In this document: positions 9,358 through 18,706 of the stretch, piece after piece
Position numbering within the stretch: the stretch's first letter is position 1
Layout: each line of letters opens with the position of its first letter
From: a virus
Lineage: Duplodnaviria; Caudoviricetes
Virus record (IMG/VR): IMGVR_UViG_3300017721_000936
Span: 1 to 49,734 of that record
Strand: one strand, 5' to 3'
DNA: 49,734 nt
The notes under the pieces: generated by a model
Told to the model about the DNA's origin: nothing
Database searches by the model: none
What the model saw: the letters and a program-made list of their open reading frames with translations, nothing else
Position numbers and translations under genes: made by a program

Positions 9358-9662
9358 GACTTCTTCTTCTTCCCACCTTTTTTAAGCAGATCTGCATCTG
9401 CTTTTCTTGCACCACCTTTGCCAGTGGCGAAAGACCTTACACGACCAATAGCCCAAGAAGTCGGAGTTTGTCCTGGGCGAGAGCCTGATGAATAATATGC
9501 ACCCATGCCACGCTTGGCTACTTTGCGCAACTTAGCTTTTGAGAAGCCAGATGATTTGCTATACTTGTCGATAGCAGACTCAAGGCTTCCACCTTTTTTC
9601 TTTTTACTTGCTGAGCTTTTTGCGTCTTTTTTCGCTGGCTTTTTTGTAACTTTTCGTGACAT
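9354..9662 (-). CDS. Small basic protein (DUF5824-like by motif recall)
   Basis: LRKVAKRGMGAYYSSGSRPGQTPTSWAIGRVRSFATG...KADADL; likely start MSRKVTKK at 9662. Confidence 0.6.
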   Translation of the reverse strand: MSRKVTKKPAKKDAKSSASKKKKGGSLESAIDKYSKSSGFSKAKLRKVAKRGMGAYYSSGSRPGQTPTSWAIGRVRSFATGKGGARKADADLLKKGGKKKKS

Positions 9663-9861
9663 TTTTGGATCTCCTTTTTGCAATCCTCTCCATCTCTGCT
9701 TTGGTCAACTTTCCTTCACGATATTTTTTGGCTGTGCTTTTTATCTCTTTTTCCGCTGCCTTTTTGTTTTTGGCACCGCGAACATACTTAACATTTACAC
9801 CACCCTTAGTTTTGGGTTGTTTCTTGAACTTGCGCATTTGGTCCAACTCCTTCCAGTGCAC
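9604..9861 (-). CDS. Small Lys/Arg-rich protein
   Basis: MRKFKKQPKTKGGVNVKYVRG... very basic; the true start is probably the internal Met. Confidence 0.55.
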   Translation of the reverse strand: MHWKELDQMRKFKKQPKTKGGVNVKYVRGAKNKKAAEKEIKSTAKKYREGKLTKAEMERIAKRRSKNVTKSYKKASEKRRKKLSK

Positions 9862-10531
9862 CTGTGGCAGCTATGCCGCCGACACTTAAAACTTTCATCA
9901 ACTCGCCAAGCGTGCCAACCTTATTTGGACTTCCTGTGGACATGCCACTCATCTCTGAAAAAACTCTAGCTTCTGGGTCAACATTTCTCAACAATTCTTC
10001 TGACCCAAAATCAATTCCACCATATTTGCCACCAGGATTGTAATCCGAAGGAACCATGCGAACAAGAGATTTTGTTTCGCCAAGTCTGGCGAGTGCTCGA
10101 TTCCGATGACGACCATCATGACCCGTAATTTGAACGATGTCGTCAAGAGGCTGAAACTGCCTCATGAAAGGCAAGTCGTCCAAAGGAACACCTTCTTGAA
10201 TTTGGTCATAGTATTGTTGGACTTTATCCGATATCATTTTTTGAATGAATGGATCCTTTGTGTCCATGTTTGCAGCAAGTTGTCGAAAGTTGTTTGGATT
10301 CATAACAACCAAATCAGACTTGCCAGCTTGGGCTTCCTTCATGACATCAAGAATGTCGGAGTCCTTCTGACGAGGCAAAAGATCTCTCGACTCCATAGCA
10401 ATCTTTTCTGGGTAATCACCAATAGACTCTCGGACTTCTTGAGTTGTTCGACCAGTTTTGCGAGCCATGCTCTCAATAAAGTTTATGGCTTGTTCAGTTG
10501 CCTCTTGGGCTATTTTTGAAAATGCACCCAT
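9806..10531 (-). CDS. Hypothetical protein with a ParB/Srx-like motif
   Basis: 241 aa containing VQITGHDGRHRNRALARLG, similar to the ParB-N/sulfiredoxin DGxHR motif. Confidence 0.5.
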   Translation of the reverse strand: MGAFSKIAQEATEQAINFIESMARKTGRTTQEVRESIGDYPEKIAMESRDLLPRQKDSDILDVMKEAQAGKSDLVVMNPNNFRQLAANMDTKDPFIQKMISDKVQQYYDQIQEGVPLDDLPFMRQFQPLDDIVQITGHDGRHRNRALARLGETKSLVRMVPSDYNPGGKYGGIDFGSEELLRNVDPEARVFSEMSGMSTGSPNKVGTLGELMKVLSVGGIAATGALEGVGPNAQVQETTQN

Positions 10532-11241
10532 CAGTCCGAACCTTTTGCTGCATCTTTGATTATGTCTGCACCACCCATAAACTCCGAATCAGCAAGGTCA
10601 GCCAAATCATCAATGGTTGCGTTCGGGTTGGTTTGTTTTAATTCTTTGAGCATTGCATCAATGTCTGATTTTTCAATAACATTAAGTGCGTCGTCTCCAA
10701 CATCACTCATCAGATCTTTAATCCTTTGAGAGCCAAGAACTGTAAAATCTTTTGCAATTGGCGGTGCAACTTGACCAGTCACAGCAAGTGCACCAATAGG
10801 GGAAACAGCGATGCCTGTGGCTACATTCCTTCTTGTCATGTCAACAGGAGTGTCTGCAGCTTTATTCATCAAAGAACTTAAAAAGCTGCCCACTGGTTTG
10901 GTTATGGCTTTGGTCAAGGGATAAGCCTCAAGGGTGCTGAGTGCTAAGCCAACTGTCGGAGCAATATAGTCGGTAGGTTTTTCAGCCACAGAATAATCCC
11001 GAAAAGACTCGTCGCCAGCGAAAACAACGCCAGCAGGAGTAAAATCAAGAACACCCAAAGAACCCAAAATGCTGTCAGCATTGGGGCGACCAACAAGGTC
11101 ACGAGCAGTGTCAAGTGCATAATAATCTCCTAAGCCTAATTTTTCAAGACCACCAGCTATCTTGTAAGCAGCACGATCCCGCAAAGTCGGCTCGTATGGG
11201 CGCAACTCAGCATTGTCAATAAACATTCCCTTTTTGTCCAT
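10531..11241 (-). CDS. Hypothetical protein (possible internal virion protein)
   Basis: 236 aa, translationally coupled at both ends. Confidence 0.55.
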   Translation of the reverse strand: MDKKGMFIDNAELRPYEPTLRDRAAYKIAGGLEKLGLGDYYALDTARDLVGRPNADSILGSLGVLDFTPAGVVFAGDESFRDYSVAEKPTDYIAPTVGLALSTLEAYPLTKAITKPVGSFLSSLMNKAADTPVDMTRRNVATGIAVSPIGALAVTGQVAPPIAKDFTVLGSQRIKDLMSDVGDDALNVIEKSDIDAMLKELKQTNPNATIDDLADLADSEFMGGADIIKDAAKGSD

Positions 11242-11432
11242 CAGACTTGACCTCCAGACAATTCATCAGCCAAAACTTTAAGAGTCTCTTGAAAGCCTTT
11301 GTCTAGCTTTTTGGCAGCCATGGCAAACTTGCGAGGACTCAAATCAGAAGAGGTGAGTCCTCTGCGCTCAAGGAAACTCTTGGCAGCGCGGATCTCTGCA
11401 TTAGCAACTTTTTTAATCGCTGTTTTGGCCAT
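11241..11432 (-). CDS. Small basic hypothetical protein
   Basis: MAKTAIKKVANAEIRAAKSFLERRG...; ATG at 11432 preceded by GGAGGTGG. Confidence 0.6.
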   Translation of the reverse strand: MAKTAIKKVANAEIRAAKSFLERRGLTSSDLSPRKFAMAAKKLDKGFQETLKVLADELSGGQV

Positions 11433-11482
11433 TAACCACCTCCAATGCTCCACACCTTGCTAATGTTGCTGAATACAGGCAT
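11432..11482 (-). CDS. 16-aa bridging micro-ORF
   Basis: MPVFSNISKVWSIGGG; the start overlaps the upstream stop (TGATG) and the stop overlaps the downstream start (TAATG). Confidence 0.45.
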   Translation of the reverse strand: MPVFSNISKVWSIGGG

Positions 11483-11979
11483 CATTTCACAACCTCTGGT
11501 TTGGTTCTTGCTTTCAATACATTTTCTAAGTTTGAGATTTCTTGACGCACTAGAGACAAGGCTTCTGAAAATCCTGGCTCGCCTTCCTTGCTATCTACAT
11601 ATCTTTGCAATGATTTTATATCTTCTCTCAACATCGGGACAGTCAAATTGTCTTGCTTAAGAACATCCAACTCTCTCAAATCTTTTTGCTGGCTTTGTAT
11701 GCTTCTAAAAATTTCTGGTGTCATTTCTTGCCCAGGACTTAAAACATCATACACTGGTCCATCAACTTGCATGATATTTCCTGCATCATCACGCCCATAA
11801 CTAAACTTTTCTGGCGTCCCTTTTCGCCTAATCATTCCGAAGGGCATATTCTTCAATGCACCTGCATCAACCTCAACATCTGGCAAAGCACCCAAGTCTT
11901 GACCAGACTTATTTGCAATGCTTCTTAAAAGATCTAATACTTCGAGACCAATTTTTTGAATGACAGCCATAATCACCAA
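11482..11979 (-). CDS. Hypothetical protein
   Basis: About 162-165 aa; likely start MAVIQKIG. Confidence 0.55.
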   Translation of the reverse strand: MVIMAVIQKIGLEVLDLLRSIANKSGQDLGALPDVEVDAGALKNMPFGMIRRKGTPEKFSYGRDDAGNIMQVDGPVYDVLSPGQEMTPEIFRSIQSQQKDLRELDVLKQDNLTVPMLREDIKSLQRYVDSKEGEPGFSEALSLVRQEISNLENVLKARTKPEVVK

Positions 11980-12230
11980 GCCTTACACGACCAATAGCGT
12001 GCCTTTGTTTTTGGTCCAGGATTGTCACAATTGTGCCGTGAGCGGAAGTTGCTTCTGCGACCTTTTTGATTTTTCTTGATGCGCATGTTCGGGTCGCCGA
12101 AAGTTACGCGCTTTACTTTCTCGCCATCTTTTACGTAAACAACTGATTTCTTTTTGCCATAAGACGGCTCGCCTTTGCCGATTCGACGAGGCTTGTTGAG
12201 AGTAACTTTACGACCTTTGTATGTTGCCAT
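11973..12230 (-). CDS. Conserved small basic phage protein
   Basis: 85 aa; KRVTFGDPNM...RRSNFRSRHNCD...ARYWSCKAW with His/Cys residues. Confidence 0.7.
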   Translation of the reverse strand: MATYKGRKVTLNKPRRIGKGEPSYGKKKSVVYVKDGEKVKRVTFGDPNMRIKKNQKGRRSNFRSRHNCDNPGPKTKARYWSCKAW

Positions 12231-12385
12231 TACTTTTTATGAACCTTTTGCACCTCAAAAGATGCCTTTTTGCTAGCACCTTTATGCGGTTTATAACCTG
12301 TTGGTGGATTTTTCATTAGCTTATAACCTGAACCAGATTTCATCCAATGAAAACCTTTGGGTGCTTCAACTGCTTTTTTTGCCAT
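12230..12385 (-). CDS. Small basic protein (not in ORF track)
   Basis: MAKKAVEAPKGFHWMKSGSGYKLMKNPPTGYKPHKGASKKASFEVQKVHKK; the stop overlaps the next ATG (TAATG). Confidence 0.65.
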   Translation of the reverse strand: MAKKAVEAPKGFHWMKSGSGYKLMKNPPTGYKPHKGASKKASFEVQKVHKK

Positions 12386-12399
12386 TTTTCTTTTCCCTT

Positions 12400-12564
12400 T
12401 CAATAAATCGGAGCCTGCCTTTCTGGCTCCTCCTTTACCACTTCATGCTTTCTTTTGGCAATCCTTGTTTGAAGACTCTTTCTCTTCTGTTTTGCCTGTC
12501 TTTCATACTCTCGGTATTTGTTCAATCGCCCTTGATATTTGAATATTACCTTGGACTCACTCAT
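12400..12564 (-). CDS. Small basic protein (not in ORF track)
   Basis: 54 aa, MSESKVIFKYQGRLNKYREYERQAKQKRK...; fills the gap between neighbours. Confidence 0.5.
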   Translation of the reverse strand: MSESKVIFKYQGRLNKYREYERQAKQKRKSLQTRIAKRKHEVVKEEPERQAPIY

Positions 12565-12571
12565 GCCGATA

Positions 12572-12847
12572 TTAATAATCTTTCATCGGCATAGGTGAGC
12601 CGTGCCCAAGCAGTTCGTCCATCATCTCATGAACCGAACCACCATCGATTTTCATCACTTTGACTTTCACGTCGGACTCTTCTGTTTCGTCTTCCATGCC
12701 GATTCCGTATTCAACTTGCTGACAGAGCAACAAAAAATTGACAAGCTGTTCGTCGCTCATCTCAAGACCTTCAGCATCATGCTGAAAACCCATTTTCTCT
12801 TGAAACAGTTCTGCTGCTTCTGTAAGATTTTCTACATTGAGTTCCAT
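12572..12847 (-). CDS. Small acidic hypothetical protein
   Basis: 91 aa, GAGGAG RBS. Confidence 0.6.
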   Translation of the reverse strand: MELNVENLTEAAELFQEKMGFQHDAEGLEMSDEQLVNFLLLCQQVEYGIGMEDETEESDVKVKVMKIDGGSVHEMMDELLGHGSPMPMKDY

Positions 12848-12867
12848 TTTATTCTCCTCTCAAAAAA

Positions 12868-14139
12868 TTAAAAATTTATTCCAGCAAATCTGAAGTTTGG
12901 GTTAATATCAAAAAGACTTTCCTGCCGCTCTTCAATACCGTAATGATATGCTGCTTCTTGCTCATACCTCTTATCATAAGCTTCTGTGTCAGCATCAAAT
13001 GTTTTTTGGTCTTTGTATTTAGACGGATCGGGCTTTTTAAGTCCAATTTTTTCAGCGTCAAATGGCGTGAAGCCTTCAGGTACTTCAAAGCCAGAAGGCA
13101 TCTCTGGACGTTCATAGCCTTTGTTCAAACCAAAATACATATCGTAGTTTTTGATTGCTTCGGGATATGAATAGTAATCCAGACGGAAACCTTTCTCACC
13201 AGAGATGTCGCCGAGAAGTTTGTATGCCCCAGCTTGAGCTACAACATTGCCTTCAGAGTCAATGAATTGCCCTGTGTCTGGGTCAATCAGAACTTCACCT
13301 TTGAACTCTGAGTCTGGGTTGTAAAACTTTTGCATATAGGTGGGCAACATATTATAAGTTGTTGGACCGACATTGCGCTCTGCCATGACGCGATATTCTT
13401 CAAATGGTGCTTTGATTGGGAACATGTCAAGCACTTCAATATCGCTTGTGGGAGGTGCTGCTTCTTGTGTTGTGCTGGTGGTGGGAGGTGCTGCAATCAT
13501 TTGAGGATCTGCCATAGCACCTGCTGCTCCAGTAGGTGAAGTGCCACCAACGCCTCCCAATCCATAAATAGAATTTGCAAATTGTTCAGAAGTCATTGTT
13601 GGCGTTTGGTTTGTGACATCTGCTGGGGTTGCATCTGGTAATATTGCTGCATTGGGAAGTGGCGTTGGATTGAATGTTACCCCTGAGAGGTCAATGCCTG
13701 AAAAATCATAGTATGCAGGGATTCCTGTTTGCGGATCTGGAACTCCCGCGCCACCTGCTTTCTTCAACATTTGGGCTTCACGAGGATTGATGTATGCCAA
13801 AGAATGTGGTTGACCAGCAATCATTTTTGTTTGGGGTGGTTGTGACTGTTGCATGGCGGAAACAACTCTGCCAAGTGCACCCACATCGCCAGCACCCATG
13901 CGCGACCGAATCTCTGCAACTTTATTCATCAAATAATTTTGCATTGACTGATTACTTGTTGGGTCGGGTTGAGTAGGGTTTTGACCGCCCATTGGCATGG
14001 GTGCTGGCATCTGGTCTGTATTGGGAGGGATACCTTGACCAGAAAACGCTGTTGGGTTAACAGGGACAGCATTTGCTGCATTTTCAATCTCTTGCTCAGA
14101 GACGACTCTGCTAATCATTTCATCAGATGTTTCCATCAT
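12868..14139 (-). CDS. Putative internal virion protein
   Basis: 423 aa, low-complexity P/Q/M/T segments, LAYINPREAQMLKKAGGAG...GIPAY motif; directly after the portal. Confidence 0.55.
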   Translation of the reverse strand: MMETSDEMISRVVSEQEIENAANAVPVNPTAFSGQGIPPNTDQMPAPMPMGGQNPTQPDPTSNQSMQNYLMNKVAEIRSRMGAGDVGALGRVVSAMQQSQPPQTKMIAGQPHSLAYINPREAQMLKKAGGAGVPDPQTGIPAYYDFSGIDLSGVTFNPTPLPNAAILPDATPADVTNQTPTMTSEQFANSIYGLGGVGGTSPTGAAGAMADPQMIAAPPTTSTTQEAAPPTSDIEVLDMFPIKAPFEEYRVMAERNVGPTTYNMLPTYMQKFYNPDSEFKGEVLIDPDTGQFIDSEGNVVAQAGAYKLLGDISGEKGFRLDYYSYPEAIKNYDMYFGLNKGYERPEMPSGFEVPEGFTPFDAEKIGLKKPDPSKYKDQKTFDADTEAYDKRYEQEAAYHYGIEERQESLFDINPNFRFAGINF

Positions 14140-16576
14140 TCTTTCTCATCTCCATTTCTAGCTTAGCTGCATTCTTTTCTCTTTCGAGTTGAAGATCTGC
14201 TTCAAGTTTTGCTACCTTTGCTTCTAGGTCAGCTTGAGTCTTGGCTCTTTGAACCTCAAGGTCTTGACTTGCTTTGGCTTGGTCAATTTGAATGTCGGAC
14301 TGTGCTTTGGCTTGGTCTGATGCAATCTCTGCTTGAGTCCTCTGTTGAAGTGCTTGTGCTTCAAGCTGCGCAAGTTGTTGGGCATATTGTAAAGGATTCT
14401 GTTGTTGTTGGCCAGCGATGGCTGGTATGGGCTGCATTTGCTTGGCTTGCTGAACCACTTGGGCAGCACGCTTGGAAATTAACATATCTGCATTCGGATC
14501 CATGTCTTCGAACTTGAAATCTTTGTCGCGGATATTTGGCATCGGCAATGGGATACCGACACTCGACTCCATGCGTTGGCGATATAACAATGCAACATGC
14601 TCAGCTATGTGGGCTTGAAGGATCGGTATCAAACCTTTGACTGCTGGGTTGGCACCTAACGATGGATCTTTTAAGAACTGCATATGAACAGCGATGTGTG
14701 CTTCATGGTCTTGCTCTGGGAAGGCTCGTATCGGCTTGCCATACATGATGCTCATGTTCTCATCAATTGGGTCAAGGCGAGAAGCTTCTTTTGGCTCTTT
14801 CAAAATCTCATTAATGTTTGGGATCCTGATTGCTTCATACATTCTTTTGTAGGCTTCATACATGTCATGAAGTTGCGGGGCAGAGCGAGCCATTTCAAGT
14901 ATGGCTTGTGCTTGGGCGATGCGTTGTGCTGTGCTGAAAATGTTCGGGTCGCTGACTGGTATGATGTCAATGCGGTCATTGAAGTCTGCGGCAAAAACTT
15001 TTTGCGAACCACCAGAAACAGCAAAGTTAAATGACTCCGGAAGATGCTCTGCATTCAAACCAGCAATCAACTTGAACTCTTGACCTTGAGAGTAATGCAT
15101 GCGCTTGTGGATTGCTGAGAAGGCTTTGCTGCCCTGCTCAATCAAAGCTACAGTTGAACCAACTGGTGCATTGGGGTTGACATCACCAACATTCATGTCC
15201 GCAGTGCTGGCAAAACGCTGGCCAGCCTGAACAACAAAGCCCATAAGCTGAAACAATGTGCCGCTTGGCTCTTTGAATGGGAGAGGCATGACTGCTTTGT
15301 TTACATCATCAACTGTCGCATCAAGGTCAACAAACTCTCCAGGGTTGACATCAATCTCGCCACCACTGACTCTGCCTTTGAGTTTGAAGCCACCTTGCAT
15401 ATTTGCAAATGCAGCTGAGTCAAGCAATGCTCTCAATGCACCTGTTGCTGCTTTGCCTAGCCCACCAATCATGTGATAAAGCCCAAAGCCATAAAAGCCA
15501 ACTCCAGGAAGGAACTTGTAACTTACGAACCAGTCGCGTCTGTGATTGCGGTCGTCACCTTCTTTCCAATTTCTGCGAACACTTACTATGTTCTCATTTT
15601 CATAGTCGATGGTGACAACATAAGGCAAATTTACTTGCGTCTCGTCGTCTGGGTCGTCGGTCTGGTCATCAACATCTGTAAATGTTTCGTAGACGTGCAT
15701 CTCAAGCAATGTTACAACTTCGTCATTGATGTCGTCCGCATACTGGTCAACACCTTCAATGGTCGCTGTCACGTCGCCTGATGGGTCAACCGATTCGCCA
15801 GAGGATTCAATTGCATTATACCAACCAGCCTGAACATAACGATTGTAATCGTTTCTGGGCAATCGGATAACTTGTGTATACCGAAGAGCAGAGGAAAGGT
15901 CACGGCTTTCCGGAGCGACAACAAAATCTTCAGCTTTGACAAATTGGGAGCACTGGCGATCTTTGTCCTCGTCCCACCAGACCTTTTTGAATGTGTGACC
16001 AACCAGAGGAAGGTGAAACAACATCTGATCAAGATCTGGGAAATACTCAGGCATCTCTTGTGTGATTTGATAATTCATGAAATCACGAACACGACGAGCC
16101 TGCTCTTCTGTTTCTTCGTTTGGCTCACCGACAATGACTGTTTTTACTGGACCACCAGAAGGGTAAAGTTCTGCTATGGCTCGTGCATTGAATTGAGTTG
16201 CTGCTTCGGAGATGAGTGGGTGAACCACTGTGCTCAGTCCGCGTGTCGCTCGCTCATCTTCTGATTCATCAAGACCACCATCAGGGTCAAGTGTCTTGAG
16301 CCCATCTTTGTAACGCATCTCCCACTCTGCTCTGGCAGCACGATCGGTCTCATACATCCGCACAAGGTCATCAGCCTTGCGACCAAGTTCTCTCGCGTCA
16401 ATAATGTCAACTAAGTTTGCATCAAACTCTTGAGGTGTTGTTTCAACAAGGTCAAGCATCGGGTCGCCAACGAGGACTTCATTCTCATTCAATTGTTCAA
16501 CTTGTAAGTCGTCTGCGGGTGCACCATCAGCAAACATCGGTGCGACATTTTCGTTGGTGATAGGATCCTCAGCCAT
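14123..16576 (-). CDS. Portal protein
   Basis: 817 aa after TerL; VVHPLISEAATQFNARA..EL.PSGGPVKT, FLPGVGFYGFGL.H..G, PLPFKEPS; Gln-rich coiled-coil C-terminal barrel. Confidence 0.9.
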   Translation of the reverse strand: MAEDPITNENVAPMFADGAPADDLQVEQLNENEVLVGDPMLDLVETTPQEFDANLVDIIDARELGRKADDLVRMYETDRAARAEWEMRYKDGLKTLDPDGGLDESEDERATRGLSTVVHPLISEAATQFNARAIAELYPSGGPVKTVIVGEPNEETEEQARRVRDFMNYQITQEMPEYFPDLDQMLFHLPLVGHTFKKVWWDEDKDRQCSQFVKAEDFVVAPESRDLSSALRYTQVIRLPRNDYNRYVQAGWYNAIESSGESVDPSGDVTATIEGVDQYADDINDEVVTLLEMHVYETFTDVDDQTDDPDDETQVNLPYVVTIDYENENIVSVRRNWKEGDDRNHRRDWFVSYKFLPGVGFYGFGLYHMIGGLGKAATGALRALLDSAAFANMQGGFKLKGRVSGGEIDVNPGEFVDLDATVDDVNKAVMPLPFKEPSGTLFQLMGFVVQAGQRFASTADMNVGDVNPNAPVGSTVALIEQGSKAFSAIHKRMHYSQGQEFKLIAGLNAEHLPESFNFAVSGGSQKVFAADFNDRIDIIPVSDPNIFSTAQRIAQAQAILEMARSAPQLHDMYEAYKRMYEAIRIPNINEILKEPKEASRLDPIDENMSIMYGKPIRAFPEQDHEAHIAVHMQFLKDPSLGANPAVKGLIPILQAHIAEHVALLYRQRMESSVGIPLPMPNIRDKDFKFEDMDPNADMLISKRAAQVVQQAKQMQPIPAIAGQQQQNPLQYAQQLAQLEAQALQQRTQAEIASDQAKAQSDIQIDQAKASQDLEVQRAKTQADLEAKVAKLEADLQLEREKNAAKLEMEMRKNDGNI

Positions 16577-18074
16577 ACAAATTTATCCTCTTTCTTGGAA
16601 AATCGTCATCTTCCTCATAATCGTCGGAGTGTGTAACAAACCAACCTTTGCGTAACCTTAACCAAGCCTGAGTGCAAGTGTCTACTATATCGTCATTATC
16701 ACCTGCTGGAAAGGCAGCACATATATCTATTAAATTTTTAGCCCATTTTCTGTTCGATGGAAACCAAATTCTTCCATCTTCTAACAATGCGCTACTTGCA
16801 TGAGCACGTGCTTCTTTGTCTCTGTCAGGCATATACTCGATTACAGGGATGCCAGCCATACGTAAATCTTGCAATAAACTTTGCCCAGAAGCCTTCTTCT
16901 CAATCAATACTGCATCTGGGTCATACTCATAATATGCTTCTTGAGCGATGCGCCTGAGCTCAGGATAACTGACTCTTCCATACCACATGTCCATTGCAAT
17001 TGCATTTATTTGACCATTCCTGCGGAACACACCCCATGTTGTGCGAGCAGAGTATGATGTTTTTTCTTTGGTCGAAAATGCAGTGTCCCAAGACTGAAGA
17101 ACATATTCAATCTCCGGAAGATAATCGTCCTCCCATGGCTCCCACCACTCTGCTTTCAATATGCCACCACCTTTGGGCATTGGTCGCTGTTGTAACTGAC
17201 CTGCCGATGCATAACTGCCAAGCGACCTCTCAAGATTGCCAAGTGTGCGTTCGTCAATGCGCGATGGCCAAAGCAACTCGCCTTCATTTGTTCTTGGGTC
17301 GGAGAAGTTTAGTGAAGAGTAAGATGGCGTCGGATGACCAATCTCATAACGAGCAGGCAAACACAAATGATCCCAGTCCTCAAATTCATTGGCCAATATG
17401 TGTCCTGTCAAATCATTCTCGTGAACACGCTGCATAATAATAATGAATGCACCTGTGCGTGGGTCATTGAGACGAGTCTGCATTGCTTGGTCCCACCACT
17501 CAAGGACAGAGGTTCGAACTGTTGAGGACTCTGCTTCACGAACATTGTGCGGATCGTCAATGACAATAATATCACCACCCTCACCAGTAAGTGCACCGTC
17601 CACAGAAGTTGCTATCCTGTAACCAGACATGTCATTCTCAAAACGCTGCTTCTGATTTTGGTCTGTTGTCAAATTGAATGTTTCCCCAAAATGCGCTCTG
17701 TAAAAATTTGAGTCAATCAACCTACGACATTTGACAGAGTCACGCACCGATAGTGATTGAGCGTATGAAGCGAACAGAAACTTTTTTGATGGGTCAACTG
17801 TCCATGCCCATGCTGGCAATGCGACTGCAACAGCAATTGATTTCATGTGCCTTGGGGGAACATTTATTATCAATCTTTTTATGTCGCCTTCAACAACTGC
17901 TTGCAAATGTTCGGAGATTGCATCGATGTGCCAGTTGTCGTGGAAATCACGTCCTGGCTCAATCGTGTTCCATGATTCGGTGAGGAAGTGCTTCAAACTC
18001 CTCCTCATCTTCTCCGCTTTCACTTGCGTCAATGATAGCGTGTTCAAGAACTCTTTCAATTGCTGTGAGGTCAT
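16569..18074 (-). CDS. terL: Terminase large subunit
   Basis: Walker A-like RLIINVPPRHMKS, Walker B IIVIDDPH, IMQRVHENDLTG, nuclease SWDTA and FPAGDNDDIVD. Confidence 0.95.
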   Translation of the reverse strand: MTSQQLKEFLNTLSLTQVKAEKMRRSLKHFLTESWNTIEPGRDFHDNWHIDAISEHLQAVVEGDIKRLIINVPPRHMKSIAVAVALPAWAWTVDPSKKFLFASYAQSLSVRDSVKCRRLIDSNFYRAHFGETFNLTTDQNQKQRFENDMSGYRIATSVDGALTGEGGDIIVIDDPHNVREAESSTVRTSVLEWWDQAMQTRLNDPRTGAFIIIMQRVHENDLTGHILANEFEDWDHLCLPARYEIGHPTPSYSSLNFSDPRTNEGELLWPSRIDERTLGNLERSLGSYASAGQLQQRPMPKGGGILKAEWWEPWEDDYLPEIEYVLQSWDTAFSTKEKTSYSARTTWGVFRRNGQINAIAMDMWYGRVSYPELRRIAQEAYYEYDPDAVLIEKKASGQSLLQDLRMAGIPVIEYMPDRDKEARAHASSALLEDGRIWFPSNRKWAKNLIDICAAFPAGDNDDIVDTCTQAWLRLRKGWFVTHSDDYEEDDDFPRKRINLYG

Positions 18075-18516
18075 TGTTGCTCAGCTTGCTGATGTCCAGC
18101 ACCCTTCTTTCTTCAACTTGGGCTTTAACTTCAACTGCCTTCAAATCAGGCACACATTTCCCAAGAAGTGTTTTGGCAGCCATAATCCTTAGCTCAGGAT
18201 CGGCTCCGATTTTGCCCAGATGTTCAACCGAACCATCTTCGGACTGCGAATAAACAGGGAATATCTCTTTGCCTGTCATGACACTTGTCAAAAAGCCAAC
18301 AGGATCTGCTTGACCCATAATCCAGTTGATTGTTGCATGGTGATTCCATTTGTATGGCTTTGTGCGTGGCTTCTTTTGATTCTTCATTGGCTCAACTGAT
18401 TTGAATTTGCCATCCCACATCTCTGGCTTAACTGGTGGTCCATCGTTCACTGGTCTTTGAACTTGAACTTTAGCTGCTCGTCTTTTGCTGCTCTTGTTGC
18501 GCGTCTCTGAAGGCAC
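17959..18516 (-). CDS. Putative terminase small subunit
   Basis: Directly upstream of and overlapping TerL; DPVGFL...R..AAKTLL...VPDLKAVE; likely GTG start at 18516 after GGAG. Confidence 0.6.
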   Translation of the reverse strand: MPSETRNKSSKRRAAKVQVQRPVNDGPPVKPEMWDGKFKSVEPMKNQKKPRTKPYKWNHHATINWIMGQADPVGFLTSVMTGKEIFPVYSQSEDGSVEHLGKIGADPELRIMAAKTLLGKCVPDLKAVEVKAQVEERRVLDISKLSNNDLTAIERVLEHAIIDASESGEDEEEFEALPHRIMEHD

Positions 18517-18572
18517 TTTTGATACTCCAAACTGTTGAATTTCCGTATCAGGAAACAAAATAACTGTCAACA

Positions 18573-18601
18573 ATTATGCTTGACTTTTTACCAAAAAGCA
18601 A
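18573..18601 (-). promoter_or_regulatory. Sigma70-type promoter for the packaging/structural arm
   Basis: TTGCTT-N17-CATAAT on the minus strand in an intergenic gap upstream of terS. Confidence 0.6.
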
Positions 18602-18706
18602 GAACAAAACGTAACAAATTTCTGGCAAACAAAAGACCAGAAAACTTGACTGCTTTATCGATAGTCTCATTTTCTGGCCAATAAATGTGTCGATTCGTTT
18701 TGAAGA

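Noticed and set aside
10780-10840. TRRNV plus hydrophobic stretch resembling a Tat signal
   Set aside because: It is internal rather than N-terminal and lacks the FLK consensus.
12895-12930. QESLF near the C-terminus of 12868..14139 as a beta-clamp motif
   Set aside because: A five-residue match in a probable virion protein is easily chance, and there is no supporting context.
18620-18700. Imperfect inverted repeat (CCAGAAAA...TTTTCTGG) as an ncRNA or tRNA
   Set aside because: There is no cloverleaf or recognisable RNA family; it may be a weak terminator but I cannot support it.
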